This document shows positions 29,369 to 32,000 of a stretch of 32,000 nt of DNA, in pieces (within the stretch, counting starts at the first letter, position 1; each line of letters starts with the position of its first letter). This DNA comes from Alphaproteobacteria bacterium (GTDB taxonomy: Bacteria > Pseudomonadota > Alphaproteobacteria > UBA9219 > RGZA01), in assembly GCA_010031785.1 (NCBI GenBank), contig RGZA01000003.1:599-32598 (forward strand). Direction: 5' to 3'. The position numbers were made by a program, and so were the translations under genes. The notes under the pieces were generated by a model. It did not search any database and was not told the DNA's origin. It saw nothing but the letters and a program-made list of their open reading frames with translations.

Positions 29369-29767
29369 TCAACTTTTTTGCCAATCAATCTTACCGCCCA
29401 TTTTTTTGATTTGCTGCTCAATTTCTGGGGTAATTTGTTTTAGAACCTCCGGCCATGGAAGACGGCTCCACCCCGATGTAGCAAGAAAAATAATATCACC
29501 CTGAACATGAAACAGAATCGTAGTTTCAGTTCCCAAAACCTGCATATGCGAAAGCACGGCAGAAAAATGCACAGGGTCAATCGTACCTAGACGATGCGGC
29601 TTTTCTAGTTTTTTAATAAAGGCATCCACTTTTTCAAACCATTTGCGTGCAAACACTTCCCCTTCGGTTTGCTCAAGATAATCCATAGTTTTATAAATAC
29701 TCATATCAAACTCGGTCGTTCGCCGAATACGATACTGCTTATGCAAAATAGGAACGCTGCGCTTCAC
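29369..29767 (-). CDS. Putative type II toxin, RelE/ParE-like
   Basis: 132 aa (GTG start), YRIRRTTEFDMSIYKTMDYLEQTEGEVFARKWFEKVDAFIKKLE...GDIIFLATSGW. It overlaps the upstream antitoxin stop (GTGA), a standard TA arrangement. Family assignment is by eye. Confidence 0.6.
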   Translation of the reverse strand: MKRSVPILHKQYRIRRTTEFDMSIYKTMDYLEQTEGEVFARKWFEKVDAFIKKLEKPHRLGTIDPVHFSAVLSHMQVLGTETTILFHVQGDIIFLATSGWSRLPWPEVLKQITPEIEQQIKKMGGKIDWQKS

Positions 29768-30054
29768 TTTTTGCGGCGCTCACTGCGGCGCTTGGCAATA
29801 TGCTGCATGCTTTCTTGCAATAACCGCTCCCCATCATATTCACGGTGATGGCCATTCACGACATCCGCCATGCCGCGCCTAACGCTGGCTGATAATTCTG
29901 ATTGACGCGCATTTTCCATCGCTTCAAAATCATGTGCAGACACATAATAACCCACAGGCCTGCCGTGACTGGTTACTTCAATCGGCTCTCGCTGTACTTC
30001 CTGATTGCGGCGACCAAAATTATTGACAAATTCCGTGGCTGTAAGGGTAATCAT
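29764..30054 (-). CDS. Putative PHD/YefM-family antitoxin
   Basis: MITLTATEFVNNFGRRNQEVQREPIEVTSHGRPVGYYVSAHDFEAMENAR has the Phd/YefM N-terminal fold pattern (TATEF..N.G.....A..EPI.VT..GRPVGY..S..D...). Confidence 0.75.
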   Translation of the reverse strand: MITLTATEFVNNFGRRNQEVQREPIEVTSHGRPVGYYVSAHDFEAMENARQSELSASVRRGMADVVNGHHREYDGERLLQESMQHIAKRRSERRKK

Positions 30055-30186
30055 CGTTATCTCCTTAAATTACCCCTATAATACCTAAATTATGGATTTT
30101 GTCAAGCTGCGCACTTATATTGACGAGCGAGTCCAGCTTGCCCATACTCTCCCTCTCCTACCCCTCCCCTAATTAAGGTTTTCTCC

Positions 30187-30774
30187 ATGACAAAGATTCT
30201 TGAAAAGCTTTATCCCGCGCTGGCATTGGGTATTTTGCTCGCATTGGCTGCTGTATATGGCCTGCACAACCACCTAATGAATGATGCGGCACAATTTGCG
30301 CTGCTGCATATTAATTTTGCAGTATGGCTGCATGTTATCTCCGGCATTCTGTGGATTGGCCTGTTGTGGTATTTCAACTTTGTACAAATCCCCACCATGC
30401 CGAAAATCCCTGCTGAACTAAAGCCGGCGGTTGGTAAATTCATTGCCCCTGAAGCCCTATTCTGGTTCCGCTGGTCAGCTTTAGCCACTGTTATTACAGG
30501 TCTTTTGGTTGCATATCTGAAAGGCTATCTGGTTACCGCCCTATCCTTTGAAGGCAATATTACGATCGGTATCGGCATGTGGCTTGCCCTCATTATGGCA
30601 GCCAATGTCTGGTTCATCATCTGGCCTAACCAGAAGAAAGCATTGGGAATCGTTGTGGTGGATGATGCTACCAAGGCAAAGGCCGCACGCATCGCAATGC
30701 TTGGCAGCCGCACTAATTTTGTACTGTCCCTGCCGATGCTGTACTGCATGGTATCGCAAAACATCGCGGGATAA
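30187..30774 (+). CDS. Membrane protein similar to the urate oxidase N-terminal/PuuD-like domain family
   Basis: 195 aa, several TM segments, conserved motifs HVISGILWIGLLWYFNFVQIPTMPKI and MLGSRTNFVLSLPMLYCMV. Confidence 0.7.
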   Translation: MTKILEKLYPALALGILLALAAVYGLHNHLMNDAAQFALLHINFAVWLHVISGILWIGLLWYFNFVQIPTMPKIPAELKPAVGKFIAPEALFWFRWSALATVITGLLVAYLKGYLVTALSFEGNITIGIGMWLALIMAANVWFIIWPNQKKALGIVVVDDATKAKAARIAMLGSRTNFVLSLPMLYCMVSQNIAG

Positions 30775-30793
30775 TTACATATCTCTCATAAAC

Positions 30794-30826
30794 AAAAAGG
30801 GCGGCCCTATCAGCCGCCCTTTTTTT
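30794..30826 (+). terminator. Rho-independent terminator after the PuuD-like gene
   Basis: AAAAA GGGCGGC cctatca GCCGCCC TTTTTTT: 7-bp GC stem, 7-nt loop, flanking A and T tracts. Confidence 0.9.
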
Positions 30827-30855
30827 CATGTGTGCCACATAAGTAGTTTAAGAAA

Positions 30856-30884
30856 TTGACAGAAATACCCGTAGTCTATTATTG
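30856..30884 (+). promoter_or_regulatory. Candidate promoter of the orphan ORF at 30959
   Basis: TTGACA followed by TATTAT (15-nt spacer) or TTATTG (17-nt spacer), about 75-100 nt upstream of the ATG, which has a GGAG-type RBS (TAGGAGAATTTCAACCATG). Confidence 0.45.
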
Positions 30885-30958
30885 AAAAGCCTTGTAAATT
30901 AAGACAATAACCAAAGCACCCATAATTATTAGCCTATTGTTATAGGAGAATTTCAACC

Positions 30959-31513
30959 ATGTTTAATATTACCGATACAAATAGGCGAGATTTATTTTTT
31001 TCTTCGGGATACCTCTACTATTCAGTTAACGAAGTAGTATGCGTTGGTTATAATTTTAAAATCGCCTGCGTAGAAGTAGTTAGTGGCGATGATTATGAAA
31101 TACATTTTGTGCATAAAGATGATACCATAGTCTCTCGTAATTTACTGATTACTATAGACAATGGAAGTGGATCCTATGTCATTCCAAATTCTGGTCTTCT
31201 CAGCACAATTCAACATTCTAATCTTACTCCTCCATGGACGGCTAATCATTGTGTAATACCGAAAGATCGCATTTTGGATAAAGGCATTTTGGATAAAGGC
31301 ATTATTCAATCTATGGCCGCGGGCATGGAGATAGGCATTACAGTTGGACAGGAATGTACCGTTAGAAAATACAGCTCATTTCCTAAGCGCTGTGGAAGCG
31401 TTGTCGGTTATAGTGAAAGCATCGCGCCATACCCAACTTCTCCAACTTTTGTAGTACACTTCAATGGCAAAACAATAACCAAATCACCATTAGCCATGCC
31501 CAGTATTGCTTAA
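30959..31513 (+). CDS. Hypothetical protein, no recognisable family
   Basis: 184 aa ORF with RBS and promoter-like sequence upstream and a terminator isolating it from the previous gene. Contains an in-frame 15-bp tandem duplication (ILDKGILDKG). Confidence 0.6.
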   Translation: MFNITDTNRRDLFFSSGYLYYSVNEVVCVGYNFKIACVEVVSGDDYEIHFVHKDDTIVSRNLLITIDNGSGSYVIPNSGLLSTIQHSNLTPPWTANHCVIPKDRILDKGILDKGIIQSMAAGMEIGITVGQECTVRKYSSFPKRCGSVVGYSESIAPYPTSPTFVVHFNGKTITKSPLAMPSIA

Positions 31514-31533
31514 AACAACTTTTATAAGAACAT

Positions 31534-32000
31534 TTACGCGCTTGCTTGCAGCCCCGCGCATTTCAGCAAATCAAGATCAGCAATCGTATCATTATTGGGC
31601 GTGGTGAGCAGCTTTTCGCCATAAAAGAACGAATTCGCACCCGCCAGCAGGCACAGCAATTGCGCTTCGCGGCTTAAGGTTGAACGTCCTGCCGATAAAC
31701 GCACACGCGCATTTGGCATTGTAATGCGCGCTACAGCTACCATGCGCACCAGATCAATCGGGTCCACCGGCTTTTGTTTTTCCATTTTATCTCCCAGGGG
31801 CGTGCCCTTAACAGCCACCAGCGCATTAATCGGAACACTTTCGGGGTGCGGCGTGAGATTGGATAAGGTCTGCAACAAACTTGCACGATCTTTTGTGGTT
31901 TCACCCATACCAATAATACCACCGGTACACACCGTAATTCCTGCATCGCGCACATGCGATAAGGTTGCCAACCGGTCATCATAATCACGCGTCGTGATCA
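31534..32000 (-). CDS. bioB: Biotin synthase, partial (N-terminus beyond the right edge)
   Basis: [48 protein letters not shown]...[17 protein letters not shown]...[37 protein letters not shown] is in frame to the window edge. Confidence 0.95.
   Translation of the reverse strand, partial: ITTRDYDDRLATLSHVRDAGITVCTGGIIGMGETTKDRASLLQTLSNLTPHPESVPINALVAVKGTPLGDKMEKQKPVDPIDLVRMVAVARITMPNARVRLSAGRSTLSREAQLLCLLAGANSFFYGEKLLTTPNNDTIADLDLLKCAGLQASA

Noticed and set aside
31737-31988. Second ORF overlapping bioB, initially suggesting a frameshifted bioB
   Set aside because: The main frame (31534..32000) reads continuously as BioB to the window edge; the other ORF is out of frame and spurious.

Overview
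This 32 kb window is consistent with an alphaproteobacterial-type chromosome and is dominated by a long minus-strand str/S10/spc/alpha ribosomal protein super-cluster: rpsL-rpsG-fusA-tuf-rpsJ-rplCDWB-rpsS-rplV-rpsC-rplP-rpmC-rpsQ-rplNXE-rpsNH-rplFR-rpsE-rplO-secY-adk, then a ~5 kb non-ribosomal block, then rpsM-rpsK-rpoA-rplQ. The left flank holds nadB (partial), rarA, a Do/DegQ-like protease, an SMR transporter and a small lipoprotein. The right flank holds a SAM methyltransferase, a PHD/RelE-ParE-like toxin-antitoxin pair, a PuuD-like membrane protein, an orphan ORF and a partial bioB. The main points for a second look are: (1) rpsG appears broken, with about 206 nt missing out of frame between a normal N-terminus and a normal C-terminus; (2) a perfect 46-bp inverted repeat pair sits at the start of the DegQ-like gene and contains one of its candidate start codons; (3) a compact CheA-like kinase / CheX / CheY cassette plus a divergent MFS gene splits spc from alpha; (4) structured or repeated spacers occur at rpoA-rplQ, rpsC-rplP and rplO-secY; (5) rpmD, rpmJ and infA are absent from their usual slots. 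I see no CRISPR array, transposase, rRNA or convincing tRNA. I do not see decisive evidence for a wholly new defence or mobile system. The chemosensory-like cassette and the palindromic element are the best candidates for under-described biology.
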